DNA of 60,304 bases, taken from positions 1 to 60,304 of the forward strand of contig JBBDHT010000085.1 in NCBI GenBank assembly GCA_040880765.1, read 5' to 3'. The notes under the pieces were generated by a model. The model worked only from the letters and a program-made list of their open reading frames with translations, was not told the DNA's origin and ran no database searches. Below, one piece after another: positions 50,409 through 60,304 of the stretch; the first letter of the stretch is position 1; each line of letters begins with the position of its first letter. This DNA is from Acidimicrobiia bacterium. Lineage in GTDB: Bacteria > Actinomycetota > Acidimicrobiia > Spongiisociales > ZC4RG35. The translations under genes were made by a program, and so were the position numbers.

Positions 50409-50435
50409 GTCGAACAGGGAGCCGGGGGATCAACA
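50409..50435 (-). promoter_or_regulatory. Putative ECF42-type promoter
   Basis: Minus strand TGTTGA-n17-CGAC, close to the TGTCGA / CG(A/T)C ECF42 consensus. Confidence 0.45.
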
Positions 50436-50541
50436 ATCCCAGTCGAATACGCCCAGGGTTGCTTCCCGCCATGAAGCGTCTTCTCAGAGTTAATCATGGC
50501 CTGGCTATGGAAATGAGTCCACCTACCGGTACCATGCGTTT

Positions 50542-51978
50542 GTGCCGCACGAGGCGAACGAATACATGTCAACCGGGCCTCAAGAAGCGTGCGGGGTCTT
50601 CGCCGCCTACTCTCCGGGCGAAGCTGTCTCTTCCCTGATCTATTTCGGGTTGTTCGCCCTGCAACACCGCGGCCAGGAGAGCGCGGGCATTGCCACCTCC
50701 GACGGTGAGACCGTCACCGTATTCAAGGACATGGGCCTGGTCGCCCAGGTCTTCGATAAGGCAGCCCTCGCCGGCCTCGACGGACACCTCGGCATTGGTC
50801 ACACCCGCTACTCGACCACTGGTTCGACCAGTTGGGACAACGCCCAACCGGCACACCGCCAGGTGGGGTCGACCAGCATCGCCCTCGGCCACAACGGGAA
50901 CCTGACCAACACCGCCGAGCTTGCAGCAGACCTGGGTATCTCGACGGCAACCACTGACTCCGACCTCATGGCAGAGGGCATTTCCCGTGCCATCGACGAC
51001 GAACGCTCCGATTCCCGTGGCCTGGAGGCGGCGGTCAAGGCTGTTGCGCCACAGTGGAAGGGGGCATTCTCTCTGGTGATCATGGACCAGGGTCGAATCA
51101 TCGGGCTGCGCGACCCCAACGGCTTCCGACCGCTCTGTCTCGGCTCGCTGCCCGACGGCGGTTGGGTGATGGCATCGGAGACAGCAGCCCTCGACATAGT
51201 GGGAGCGCGGTTCATCCGCGAAGTCAATGCGGGTGAGATGGTCGTGGTCGACGCTGCCGGCGTCCACAGCTACTTCCCGTTCGATAAGGTGAATCCGCGT
51301 CTATGTGTCTTCGAGTTCGTCTACTTCGCCCGGCCCGACTCCCAGATCTACGGGCGGAATGTCCACTCAGCCCGATACGACATGGGCGAGCAACTGGCAA
51401 AGGAGCATCCGGTCGACGCCGACGTTGTGGTCCCGGTCCCCGAATCGGGGATCCCCGCCGCACAGGGATATGCCGCCGCCAGTGGCATCCCCTACACCGA
51501 CGGGTTGATGAAGAACAGATACGTCGGACGCACCTTTATCGAACCGTCACAGATGTTGCGTGACCAGGGGATACGTCTCAAACTCAACCCGATCCCCGAC
51601 AATCTCCGGGGCAGACGGGTCGTCCTCGTCGATGACTCGATAATCCGCGGCTCCACCACCCGAAACCTCGTAGAGCTCGTCCGCGAGGCCGGTGCCGTCG
51701 AGGTACATCTCCGCGTCTCCTCACCTCCCTACAAATGGCCCTGCTTTTACGGAATGGACACCTCGGACCGGTCGACGCTGATCGCGGCGCGGATGGAGAC
51801 TGCCGAGATCAAGGAACACCTCAATGCCGACTCACTCGGCTACCTGTCGCTCGAAGGTCTCCTCGAAGCCACCGGCGTCGCCGACGCCGGCTTCTGCGAC
51901 GCGTGCCTTTCCGGGAACTATCCGACCGACGTGCCCGTGGTGATCGACAAGTTCCATCTGGAGCGCAATCGGTCGTGA
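50542..51978 (+). CDS. purF: Amidophosphoribosyltransferase
   Basis: Propeptide followed by CGVF, LQHRGQE, HNGNL, VDDSIIRG; Fe-S cysteines present. Confidence 0.97.
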   Translation: MPHEANEYMSTGPQEACGVFAAYSPGEAVSSLIYFGLFALQHRGQESAGIATSDGETVTVFKDMGLVAQVFDKAALAGLDGHLGIGHTRYSTTGSTSWDNAQPAHRQVGSTSIALGHNGNLTNTAELAADLGISTATTDSDLMAEGISRAIDDERSDSRGLEAAVKAVAPQWKGAFSLVIMDQGRIIGLRDPNGFRPLCLGSLPDGGWVMASETAALDIVGARFIREVNAGEMVVVDAAGVHSYFPFDKVNPRLCVFEFVYFARPDSQIYGRNVHSARYDMGEQLAKEHPVDADVVVPVPESGIPAAQGYAAASGIPYTDGLMKNRYVGRTFIEPSQMLRDQGIRLKLNPIPDNLRGRRVVLVDDSIIRGSTTRNLVELVREAGAVEVHLRVSSPPYKWPCFYGMDTSDRSTLIAARMETAEIKEHLNADSLGYLSLEGLLEATGVADAGFCDACLSGNYPTDVPVVIDKFHLERNRS

Positions 51979-52934
51979 CCTACCGGGAAGCGGGAGTCGA
52001 TCTCGCCGGCGCTGACCGCCATGTGACTGCAATTGCATCGGCGGTCACGGCGACGTGGACCGACAACGTGATCGGCGGCTTCGGTGGCTTCGCCGCAGGC
52101 GTCACTATCCCACCCGGGTATTCCAACCCGGTCTTGATGATGTCGACCGACGGGGTCGGCACCAAGCTCGAGCTGGCACGACAGTCGGAAATGTGGGATG
52201 GAGTCGGATTCGACCTTGTCGCTATGTGCGTCGACGACCTTGCCGCAGTGGGGGCGAGACCCCTCGGCTTCGTCGACTACATGGCGGTCGGGTCCCTGCA
52301 ACCGGATCGTGACACCAGGATCGTCGAGTCGATCGCCCGCGCCTGCGTCGCAGCTGGCTGCGCACTGCTCGGGGGCGAAACCGCGGAGCATCCCGGGGTG
52401 ATGGACCCCGATGCCGTGGATCTGGCCGGAGCGGTGATGGGCGTGGTCGAGAAAGGCGAACAGCTAGGGTCGGAAGGTGTCGTTCCCGGAGACGCGATAG
52501 TCGGCCTCCATTCGCCCAACCTCCGCTCCAACGGCTTCTCCCTCGTCCGGAGAGTGATGGGTGATGCACCCGACTACGCGACGCTGCTCGAGCCATCGGT
52601 CATTTACAGCCCCGCGGTTCTGTCGGTCTCGCCGATGGTCAAATCAGCGGCCCATATCACCGGCGGCGGACTCCCCGGCAACCTCCCCCGCGCGGTCCCT
52701 GCGTCGCTTGGAGTTGAAGTGGATGCCTCGTCATGGCGTCCCCCGGAGATCTTCTCGACTCTGCAGAATTGCGGCATCGGCGAGGCGGAGATGTTCGCCA
52801 CGTTCAACATGGGTATCGGGTTTTGCCTCATCGTCGAGCCCTCCGCAGCCGACGAGATCACAGACTCCCTATCCCGGCACGAGGCCAACGTGATCGGCCG
52901 GGTGACCGACAGTGCCGGGTTCACACTGAAATGA
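51975..52934 (+). CDS. purM: AIR synthetase
   Basis: TYREAGVD, TDGVGTK, GGETAEHP, SNGFSL, HITGGG, FNMGIG; GTG start at 51975. Confidence 0.97.
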   Translation: MTYREAGVDLAGADRHVTAIASAVTATWTDNVIGGFGGFAAGVTIPPGYSNPVLMMSTDGVGTKLELARQSEMWDGVGFDLVAMCVDDLAAVGARPLGFVDYMAVGSLQPDRDTRIVESIARACVAAGCALLGGETAEHPGVMDPDAVDLAGAVMGVVEKGEQLGSEGVVPGDAIVGLHSPNLRSNGFSLVRRVMGDAPDYATLLEPSVIYSPAVLSVSPMVKSAAHITGGGLPGNLPRAVPASLGVEVDASSWRPPEIFSTLQNCGIGEAEMFATFNMGIGFCLIVEPSAADEITDSLSRHEANVIGRVTDSAGFTLK

Positions 52935-53731
52935 CGTTTCGGGAGGCGACATCGGTGCATCGCACCGGCGATGACACCTGGGACACTCGGTTCGCCGAGA
53001 ACTGGGACATCATGGGCATCACCAACGGCGGCTACATGCTGGCCATCGCCTCTCGCGCCGCTAGTGAGGCAACCGGGGGACGAGACCCGGTGACCATCAC
53101 CGGCCATTACACGAGGCCCGGCCACACCGGACCGGCGACGGCGCGCACGGAGATAGTCCGTTCCGGACGGCGGTTCTCCGTGGTGCGGACCAGCCTGTTC
53201 CAGGATGACGCCGTGGTCCTCGACACTCTTGGGACTTTCGTCGAACCAGGGACCGAATCCTCTGAGGTGATTCTCTCCGCTGCCAAGCCCACCGAACTGC
53301 CACCCCCCGAAGAGTGTGTGCTGGCTGTCCCCGCCGGCGACGCCCCGTTTCCGCCTCCTTCGGTCGGCCAGGTTGAGTTGCGTCTCGATCCGGGAATGGC
53401 CGAAATGTTTCAGGGCAATCCGCTGGGCGAACCGGTGGTCTTCGGCTGGTTCCGGCTGAAGGACGGGGAGCCCCTCGATCCTCACGCCCTGATCATGGCC
53501 ACCGATGCATTTCCTCCGACGACCTTCAACGCTGGTTTGCCGGTCGGCTGGACTCCGACACTCGAACTGACCGTCCACGTCCGCTTTCCTCACGCCTCCG
53601 GTTGGATCCGCTGCGAGTTCCGGAGTCGGTTCGTGTCCGGAGGGTTGATCGAAGAGGACGGGCTGTTCTGGGACGAGGATGATCGCTTGGTTGCACAGTC
53701 CCGCCAGCTTGCCCTGGTGTCCACCGGATAG
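52931..53731 (+). CDS. Acyl-CoA thioesterase family (double hotdog) protein
   Basis: NGGY, RSGRRFS, DAFPP, PTLELTVH, VAQSRQLA. Confidence 0.85.
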   Translation: MTFREATSVHRTGDDTWDTRFAENWDIMGITNGGYMLAIASRAASEATGGRDPVTITGHYTRPGHTGPATARTEIVRSGRRFSVVRTSLFQDDAVVLDTLGTFVEPGTESSEVILSAAKPTELPPPEECVLAVPAGDAPFPPPSVGQVELRLDPGMAEMFQGNPLGEPVVFGWFRLKDGEPLDPHALIMATDAFPPTTFNAGLPVGWTPTLELTVHVRFPHASGWIRCEFRSRFVSGGLIEEDGLFWDEDDRLVAQSRQLALVSTG

Positions 53732-53860
53732 CGGCTGGTCGCAAGAGTTCGTTAGGATCTGCGGGTGTCAGTTATTACGCCAATTCATCTCCGACGGGGC
53801 CTGTTCGCCTCGCCCTAGCTCCATTCCGTCCCTGCGAGACGAGAAGAGAATGGAGCACGA

Positions 53861-55141
53861 ATGACCGACCTGACAACACGCCACAACGAAGTGATCGCAC
53901 CGGTGATCGCTTTTGACACCGACATCCACGCCGAATCCGCCCAGGGGATCTGGGTAACTGACATCGAAGGCAACCGCTGGGCCGATTTCGCCTGCGGCAC
54001 TGCTGTCACCAACCTCGGGCACAATCACCCCGCGGTCGTGGAGGCAGCGCACGCTCAGCTCGACAAATTCATGCACTCAGGGTGCATAGTTCGTTACGAA
54101 CCGATCGTCAGCGCCGCCGAGAAACTGCGCGAGATCACCCCACCATCAATCGAGAAGTTCGCCTTCGCCAACTCCGGAGCCGAAGCCGTGGAAGCTGCAG
54201 TGAAACTGGCCCGTTACACCAGCGGTCGCCAGGGTGTTGTCGCTTTCCGGGGCGGATTTCATGGACGGACCATGGGCTCAGTCGCCTACACGACCTCCAA
54301 CGCAAAATACCGCGACGGCTACCACCCCATTCTCGGATCGGTATTCATCGCCCCTTATCCGCACCCATACCGGTGGGGCAAGAGCGAGGACGAGGCAACA
54401 GCCCATGCCCTCGAAGAGTTGCGCTTGCTGTTCAAGCATGTGGTAACTCCAAACAACATCGCCTGTTTCCTCATCGAGCCGGTTCAGGGCGAAGGTGGCT
54501 ATTACCCCGCTCCCCCCGAGTTCCTCTCCGCCCTCCGTGGAATTGCCGATGAGCATGGGATCCTGGTGGTCTACGACGAGGTGCAGACCGGGTTCGGCCG
54601 CACCGCAGAGTGGTTCGCCGCGGACCATTACGACGCCAAGCCTGACATCATCGCCATGGGCAAAGGGATAGCCAACGGGCTCCCGCTTTCGGCTTACGGA
54701 GCTCCCTCTGAAATGATGGATGCCTGGCCAGTGGGATCACACGGCACCACCTTCGGCGGCAACCCGGTGGCGACCGCCGCGGCGGTTGCCGTAATCGAGA
54801 CAATGGAAGACCTGCTGCCCCATGCACGGGAGCTCTCCAAGTCGGCCTTCGAGAGCTTTGAGGGACTGGCCGAGCGTCATCCCACGATCGGCGACGTACG
54901 CGGTCTCGGGTTGATGATCGGAGTCGAACTGGTTTCGAATACCGCACGGCGGACACCCGACTCCGAAGCTTTCAAGGCAGTCCAACGGTATGCCTTTGAA
55001 AGAGAGCTCATCATCATCGACTGCGGTCCTGACGGCAACGTGATTCGGTTCATTCCGGCATTAGTCACCACCCGGGAGGAGCTCGACTGGGCGATCGGCT
55101 TCATCGACGACGGCCTGACGGCCTGGGAGAGCAGCGACTGA
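53861..55141 (+). CDS. Class III PLP aminotransferase (GABA-transaminase-like)
   Basis: NSGAEAVE, FHGRT, EPVQGEGG, DEVQTGFGRT, MGKG, TFGGNP. Confidence 0.92.
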   Translation: MTDLTTRHNEVIAPVIAFDTDIHAESAQGIWVTDIEGNRWADFACGTAVTNLGHNHPAVVEAAHAQLDKFMHSGCIVRYEPIVSAAEKLREITPPSIEKFAFANSGAEAVEAAVKLARYTSGRQGVVAFRGGFHGRTMGSVAYTTSNAKYRDGYHPILGSVFIAPYPHPYRWGKSEDEATAHALEELRLLFKHVVTPNNIACFLIEPVQGEGGYYPAPPEFLSALRGIADEHGILVVYDEVQTGFGRTAEWFAADHYDAKPDIIAMGKGIANGLPLSAYGAPSEMMDAWPVGSHGTTFGGNPVATAAAVAVIETMEDLLPHARELSKSAFESFEGLAERHPTIGDVRGLGLMIGVELVSNTARRTPDSEAFKAVQRYAFERELIIIDCGPDGNVIRFIPALVTTREELDWAIGFIDDGLTAWESSD

Positions 55142-55157
55142 GTCGTAACATGGGGGT

Positions 55158-56045
55158 GTGAGCCGTTTCGGAATGGCGGCCGCCGGTCTGGCGGTACTTC
55201 TCGTTCTCATCGTGTTCCTTGTGGTCAACGCGCTTTCGGACGGCGGTATAGAGGCTGCCGCGAGCGCGACCACCGTGTCGGTGGCGACCCCGGCTGCCGG
55301 CGCGGTCACATCCGACACCACCACCACGACTGGAGCCGAGGCCAGTGTCGTCGCTGCTGCAGCCGAGACAACGACCACGAAACCCGCCATCTCGGTGCCC
55401 ACCACCACAGCTACGTCGAGCACAACTTCTACCTCGAGCACGACGACCACAACCACCACGGTCCCCACCACCGTGGCGGCTCCCCCGTTCATCTCATCGA
55501 TTACGACCCCTGATGCCGACGATCTCTACGCATCCTGGGAGCCGGGATGTCCCGTCGGGCCCGACGGTCTGCGGATCATCACGATGTCCCACTGGAACTA
55601 CGCAGGGTCCATGAGCACCGGGAAGCTTGTGGTCGCCGCCGGGCTGGCGGATCAGGTGGTCGCCATCTTCCGGGACCTCTACGACGCCCGCTTCCCCATC
55701 GAACGCATGGAGCTGGTCGACAAGTACAACGGTGACGACAACCAGAGCATGGCGGCGAACAACACCAGTGCCTTCAACTGCCGTCTGGTCACAGGGGGAA
55801 GCACCTACTCGGAGCACTCCTACGGCCGCGCTATTGACATCAATCCCGTGGTCAACCCGTATGTCAAGGGCTCGACTGTGCTCCCACCTGCAGGCAGCGC
55901 CTACGTGGACCGCAGCCTCGATGCGCCGGGAATGATCCATGCCGGCGATGAGGTGGTGCAAGCTTTCGCGGCCAGAGGCTGGATCTGGGGCGGAACCTGG
56001 AACTCTCTCAAGGACTACCAGCACTTCTCCACGACAGGAAAGTAG
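55158..56045 (+). CDS. M15-family metallopeptidase with TM anchor and Thr-rich linker
   Basis: SAFNCR, SEHSYGRAIDIN, WGG.W..KDYQHF. Confidence 0.88.
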   Translation: MSRFGMAAAGLAVLLVLIVFLVVNALSDGGIEAAASATTVSVATPAAGAVTSDTTTTTGAEASVVAAAAETTTTKPAISVPTTTATSSTTSTSSTTTTTTTVPTTVAAPPFISSITTPDADDLYASWEPGCPVGPDGLRIITMSHWNYAGSMSTGKLVVAAGLADQVVAIFRDLYDARFPIERMELVDKYNGDDNQSMAANNTSAFNCRLVTGGSTYSEHSYGRAIDINPVVNPYVKGSTVLPPAGSAYVDRSLDAPGMIHAGDEVVQAFAARGWIWGGTWNSLKDYQHFSTTGK

Positions 56046-56083
56046 GCAGGAACCAATTCGGTCCCTCGCGCCATCAAAGCGAT

Positions 56084-56908
56084 ATGCGAATCAAGACAAA
56101 AAACACAATCGGGCTTCTTATCGTTAGCAGCCTGCTCATATCGGCGTGCGGATCAGGTGAAGTGTTGGGGCCGCCCGACAGCCCGCCCGGCGACCCTCTA
56201 ATCCAGATTCACTCCGAAGGGGGGTTTATCCCGGTTGAGTGGAACCTGGGCAACGGGGCCACCTTCACCGTCACCAACGGCGGCAGTTTCATCTTCCCCG
56301 GTGTCACGACACTGGAGTATCCGGGGCGTCTGGTGCCTTCATACTTCCAGGGCCAGCTCGACGACGAGCAGATGGCACGCATCAACGACCTGATCGACGC
56401 AATGGGCATAGCCGACATCGACGACGAGCACGACGACTCGGTCGACAACGTGGCTGATGCATCCACTGAGGTGATCCAGTACTGGGACGAGACCGGTGTC
56501 CACCGCTACTCGGTGTACGCACTGGAAATCACCGAGCAGCCGGCATCGGACACCACCGCAGCCTTTGCTGATCTCGTCGAGTACCTCCAAGGGCTCTCCG
56601 GGACCGTCGACGGGTCCGAGTACGAGCCGGAACGGGTGCGGGTTGTGGCCGGCACCTACCACGGAGGTTTCGACACCGACTTCGAAAGGGTCGAAGACTG
56701 GCCGCTCGAAGGCGAGAATCCCGACGATTGGGATGTCTTCGCCTCGATTGGCGGAGACGACTGGACATGCAAGGCCTTCGACCCGGAGGTTCTGGATGTA
56801 TTCACCGAAGCCAGGCAGACCACGGTCTACACCCACCCCGACCACGGCGGCCAAATTCAGCTCCTGGTCAGGCCACTGCACCCGGGTGAAGCCGACTGCT
56901 CCAACTAA
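56084..56908 (+). CDS. Hypothetical lipoprotein
   Basis: LLISAC lipobox; acidic mature domain. Confidence 0.75.
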   Translation: MRIKTKNTIGLLIVSSLLISACGSGEVLGPPDSPPGDPLIQIHSEGGFIPVEWNLGNGATFTVTNGGSFIFPGVTTLEYPGRLVPSYFQGQLDDEQMARINDLIDAMGIADIDDEHDDSVDNVADASTEVIQYWDETGVHRYSVYALEITEQPASDTTAAFADLVEYLQGLSGTVDGSEYEPERVRVVAGTYHGGFDTDFERVEDWPLEGENPDDWDVFASIGGDDWTCKAFDPEVLDVFTEARQTTVYTHPDHGGQIQLLVRPLHPGEADCSN

Positions 56909-56922
56909 AATGGCGTCAGAGC

Positions 56923-56960
56923 AAGAGGGCCGGGGAGCATTCGACCCGGCCCTCTTCTTG
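56923..56960 (+). terminator. Intrinsic terminator hairpin
   Basis: AAGAGGGCCGGG...CCCGGCCCTCTT followed by CTTG. Confidence 0.7.
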
Positions 56961-56988
56961 TGAGCACTTGAGCTTGTAACGTCGTCCC

Positions 56989-58113
56989 ATGGAGAGAAGT
57001 GTCGAAGCAGACGTAGTCCAGGGCGGCCACTCATTGGATCCCAGTGGCGGGGTGGTGCCTCCGATCCAGCCTTCCACCACCTTCGCCCGCGACAACAACT
57101 ACGAGCTGGCGAGCGGGTATGTGTACTCGAGAGAGGGTGCGCCGAACCAGAGGGCGGTGGAGGAAGCGGCCGCCCGGTTGGACAGTGGTGCCGACGCCAG
57201 GGTCTTCGCCTCAGGTCTGGCTGCGTTCAACGCCCTGGTCGAGACAGTCCCCAACGGAGGTGTTGTAGTGGCTCCGGAAGTCATGTATCACGGTGGCCAG
57301 TTGTGGCTTCGACGTCTCGACGAGTCCAAGCGGATCGACCTCACCCTCTTCGACCAATCGAGGCCGGGTGATATGAAAGAGGCGATCGAACGGACCAGCC
57401 CGGACTTGGTCTGGATCGAGACTCCGGTCAACCCGACATGGGACGTCATCGACATCCGCGCTGCGGCACAGGCCGCACATGGCGTCGGCAGCCTGCTTGC
57501 AGTGGATTCAACCGTGGCACCGCTCACCACCCGCCCGATCGAGCTCGGCGCCGACTACGCCTTCCACTCGGCCACGAAGTTCTACAACGGTCATGCCGAC
57601 CTGCTCGGTGGGATTCTGGTGACCGCGACGAAGGACGAGCGGTGGGATGAGATCACCTGGATCAGGACCCACACCGGGGCGGTGATGGGGGCTTTCGAGG
57701 CATGGTTGCTGCTTCGGGGGATGAAGACCCTCTATCTCAGAGTCGACCGGGCATCCGCCAGCGCCATGGCCATTGCCCGTCACCTCGAAGAACATACCTC
57801 CATAGAGGCGGTGCTCTATCCCGGGCTCGAGTCGCATCCGGGACACGGAGTGGCGAAAGCCCAGATGGACCGCGGTTATGGAGCAATGCTGTCACTCCTG
57901 GTCAATGGCGGCTTCGACGCGGCACACCGGGTTGCCACTTCGACGGAGGTATTCATCCCGGCCACATCGCTCGGGGGTGTCGAGAGCCTGATCGAGCACC
58001 GCACCGTGCTCGAACCACCGGAGTCGGTTGTCCCGGACAACCTCCTCCGCCTATCGGTTGGAATCGAACCGGTCGACGAGCTGATTGCCGACCTCGAACA
58101 GGCCCTCGCCTGA
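56989..58113 (+). CDS. Cystathionine gamma-synthase/lyase family PLP enzyme
   Basis: YSR, ETPVNP, VDST, HSATKFYNGHAD, SLGGVESL, RLSVGIE. Confidence 0.9.
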   Translation: MERSVEADVVQGGHSLDPSGGVVPPIQPSTTFARDNNYELASGYVYSREGAPNQRAVEEAAARLDSGADARVFASGLAAFNALVETVPNGGVVVAPEVMYHGGQLWLRRLDESKRIDLTLFDQSRPGDMKEAIERTSPDLVWIETPVNPTWDVIDIRAAAQAAHGVGSLLAVDSTVAPLTTRPIELGADYAFHSATKFYNGHADLLGGILVTATKDERWDEITWIRTHTGAVMGAFEAWLLLRGMKTLYLRVDRASASAMAIARHLEEHTSIEAVLYPGLESHPGHGVAKAQMDRGYGAMLSLLVNGGFDAAHRVATSTEVFIPATSLGGVESLIEHRTVLEPPESVVPDNLLRLSVGIEPVDELIADLEQALA

Positions 58114-58114
58114 A

Positions 58115-58168
58115 CCCTTCTGTGTCGATTTCGAACACCACGGCGTGACGTCCATCGACACAGAAGAG
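58115..58168. repeat. 54-bp palindromic repeat
   Basis: CTTCTGTGTCGAT...ATCGACACAGAAG. Confidence 0.85.
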
Positions 58169-58184
58169 TCGGGCTACTGAGCGT

Positions 58185-59543
58185 CTAGCCGGCGACCACC
58201 GGCACACCCTGCATCGCGGTGGAGATCGCCTCGGCTGGGTGGTCGTAGTCGACCAGTTCTCCGTTGAAGTAGGCCTGGTAGGAGGCCATGTCGAAGTGGC
58301 CGTGTCCGGAGAGGTTGAAGAGGATGACCTTCTCCTCACCTGACTCCTTGGCCTTGATCGCCTCGTTCATGGCCGAAGCCACCGCATGTGTCGGCTCAGG
58401 TCCGGGGATGATCCCTTCCACCCGGGCAAATTCGACGGCACGGGCAAACGTCTCGGTCTGGTGGAGGGATTCCGCCTCGACGATGCCTTCGTCGACCAAA
58501 AGCGAGACCAGCGGAGCCATCCCGTGGTAGCGAAGCCCGCCGGCATGGATCGGGTCGGGGATGAACCCGTGGCCGAGAGTGTGCATCTTCACCAGCGGAG
58601 TCATCCCTGCGGTGTCGCCGAAGTCGAACTGATAGCTCCCCTTGGTGAGCGATGGCGCCGCGGCCGGTTCTACGGCGCGGATCACCGGGTCCATCTTCCC
58701 GGCGAGTTTCTCCCGGACGAAGGGGAACGCCAGGCCGGCAAAGTTGGATCCTCCACCGGTGCACCCGATTACCACGTCGGGGGTCTCGTCGACCAGGGCC
58801 AACTGTTTGAGTGCCTCCTCGCCGATGACGGTCTGGTGCATGAGAACATGGTTGAGGACCGAACCCAGCGAATATTTCACGTCCTCGTTCGTCGCCGCCA
58901 CCTCGACCGCCTCGGAAATGGCGATCCCGAGGCTGCCCGGAGTGTCCGGGTTGTCGGCGAGGATCTGTCGTCCGGCTGCCGTTCGATCAGACGGTGATGG
59001 GTAAATGGTGGCCCCGTAGGTCTCGATCATCGCCTTCCGGTAAGGCTTCTGGTCATACGAGGCGCGGACCATATATACCTCGCACTCCAAGCCGAAAAGG
59101 GCGCAGGCAAACGCAAGTGCCGAGCCCCACTGGCCGGCTCCCGTCTCCGTCGACAACTTTTTCACTCCTGCCTTGGCGTTGTAATACGCCTGGGCGACAG
59201 CAGTGTTCGGCTTGTGTGATCCGACCGGGCTAACCCCTTCGTACTTGTAGTAGATACGCGCGGGGCCGCCGATCATTTCTTCGAGGCCGTGGGCCCGGTA
59301 CATCGGCGTCGGACGCCACTTGCGATACACCTCCCGAATCTCTTCGGGTATCTCGACGTAGCGTTCCTGAGAGACCTCTTGCAGAATCAGGTCCATGGGG
59401 AAGAGTGGAGCCAGGTCATCGGGCCCGACCGGCTCGTGTGTCCCCGGGTGCAGTACCGGAGGGGCAGGGACCGGGAGGTCGGGGACGATGTTGTACCAGT
59501 GCGTCGGAAGGTCCGACTCTGCGAGGGTGATCTTGGTAACCAT
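58185..59543 (-). CDS. trpB2: TrpB2-type (stand-alone tryptophan synthase beta-like) PLP enzyme
   Basis: [42 protein letters not shown]. Confidence 0.92.
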   Translation of the reverse strand: MVTKITLAESDLPTHWYNIVPDLPVPAPPVLHPGTHEPVGPDDLAPLFPMDLILQEVSQERYVEIPEEIREVYRKWRPTPMYRAHGLEEMIGGPARIYYKYEGVSPVGSHKPNTAVAQAYYNAKAGVKKLSTETGAGQWGSALAFACALFGLECEVYMVRASYDQKPYRKAMIETYGATIYPSPSDRTAAGRQILADNPDTPGSLGIAISEAVEVAATNEDVKYSLGSVLNHVLMHQTVIGEEALKQLALVDETPDVVIGCTGGGSNFAGLAFPFVREKLAGKMDPVIRAVEPAAAPSLTKGSYQFDFGDTAGMTPLVKMHTLGHGFIPDPIHAGGLRYHGMAPLVSLLVDEGIVEAESLHQTETFARAVEFARVEGIIPGPEPTHAVASAMNEAIKAKESGEEKVILFNLSGHGHFDMASYQAYFNGELVDYDHPAEAISTAMQGVPVVAG

Positions 59544-59726
59544 GTGGAGAACCTACACACTCGAAAGATCGAACGTGCCCCTGAGCGCCGATCTCTCGGT
59601 CTGTAGGATGAATTTCGCAATGGTGCCCCATCGACACTTATCGCGTTTCGCGGCACTAAAGGACGCAGGGGAAGCAATTCTCGCCATATCGGATTTTGGG
59701 GCAGAATGTAGGACGGTTAACCCGGC

Positions 59727-60206
59727 GTGAGCACAGCGGGCGAAGTTCTCGTCGGGGTCGTGATCCTGGTCGGTTTGGCGGGGATCGTGCTTCCGATTCT
59801 CCCCGGTCTCGCCCTGGTTGTCGGTGCGGTGCTCATCTGGGCGCTAGTGGAAGCCTCTGCAGTTGCCTGGGTTGTCTTCGCCATCTGTTTCGGGCTCGGG
59901 GCGGTTGCGACAGTGATCAAGTATCTGATACCGGGTCGGAAACTCAAGGCTTCGGGAGTCGCTACCTCAACGATGCTGATCGCCCTGTTCGGCGCGGTAA
60001 TCGGCTTCTTCGTCATCCCGGTCGTAGGCGCGCCGATCGGGTTCATGGCGGGGATCTATCTCATCCAATGGAGCCGGCTGGGCCGCGATGCAGCATGGCC
60101 GGCGACGTTGCGGACCGCGGGGGCAATCACCCTCTCCATCGGCATCGAACTTGTCGGGGGCCTGCTCATCCTCGGTGTCTGGCTGGTCGCCGCAATCTTC
60201 GCCTGA
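59727..60206 (+). CDS. DUF456-family membrane protein
   Basis: GLAGIVLPILPG, GFFVIPVVGAPIGF. Confidence 0.8.
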   Translation: MSTAGEVLVGVVILVGLAGIVLPILPGLALVVGAVLIWALVEASAVAWVVFAICFGLGAVATVIKYLIPGRKLKASGVATSTMLIALFGAVIGFFVIPVVGAPIGFMAGIYLIQWSRLGRDAAWPATLRTAGAITLSIGIELVGGLLILGVWLVAAIFA

Positions 60207-60215
60207 CTGAGCCAC

Positions 60216-60273
60216 CCGTTGCACAGTGCTCAGGGGTGCGGTTTTCGCACCCTCCTGCACAGTGCAAAAACGG
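60216..60273. repeat. 58-bp palindromic element related to the CCGTT...AACGG family
   Basis: CCGTTGCACAGTGC...GCACAGTGCAAAAACGG with an inner GGGTGCG/CGCACCC stem. Confidence 0.6.
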
Positions 60274-60304
60274 TTTAGGCGTCCTCGCCTTTAGACGATG
60301 CCAT

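Noticed and set aside
55270-55480. ACC-rich low-complexity DNA
   Set aside because: Explained by the Thr-rich linker of the M15 peptidase.
59556-59726. Possible trp attenuator or riboswitch upstream of trpB2
   Set aside because: There is no Trp-codon leader peptide, and a -10 box 6 nt before the ATG implies a leaderless transcript.

Overview
High-GC actinobacterial chromosome segment; gene content suggests an Acidimicrobiia-like organism, which is an inference. Bases 1-8875 are the right-hand part of an integrative mobilizable element. It has a tyrosine integrase, an excisionase-like HTH gene, a divergent MobF (TrwC-type) relaxase-helicase, a candidate oriT, phased repeats and lipoprotein-rich cargo, and it abuts the 3' end of glnA; its other end lies left of the window. 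Two cargo genes sit between degenerate ~100-bp direct repeats that carry a XerC-arm-like CGCATAA motif, which suggests cassette-style acquisition. The remainder is a backbone of nitrogen assimilation genes (glnA with GlnR-type boxes, gltB without an adjacent gltD) and purine biosynthesis genes (purA, D, E, B, C, S, Q, L, F, M). Accessory blocks interrupt it, including a form I aerobic CO dehydrogenase cluster (coxMSL with AYRCSFR, an XdhC-YHS fusion, coxD, coxE, split XdhC), a VapBC pair, two ECF sigma factors and an aromatic-CoA monooxygenase/reductase. Intergenic DNA carries a family of ~53-bp CCGTTCTGTG...CACAGAACGG palindromes, several longer MITE/REP-like elements and a 50-bp relic copy of purA. 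Many genes appear to be leaderless. No rRNA, tRNA or CRISPR array was recognised.
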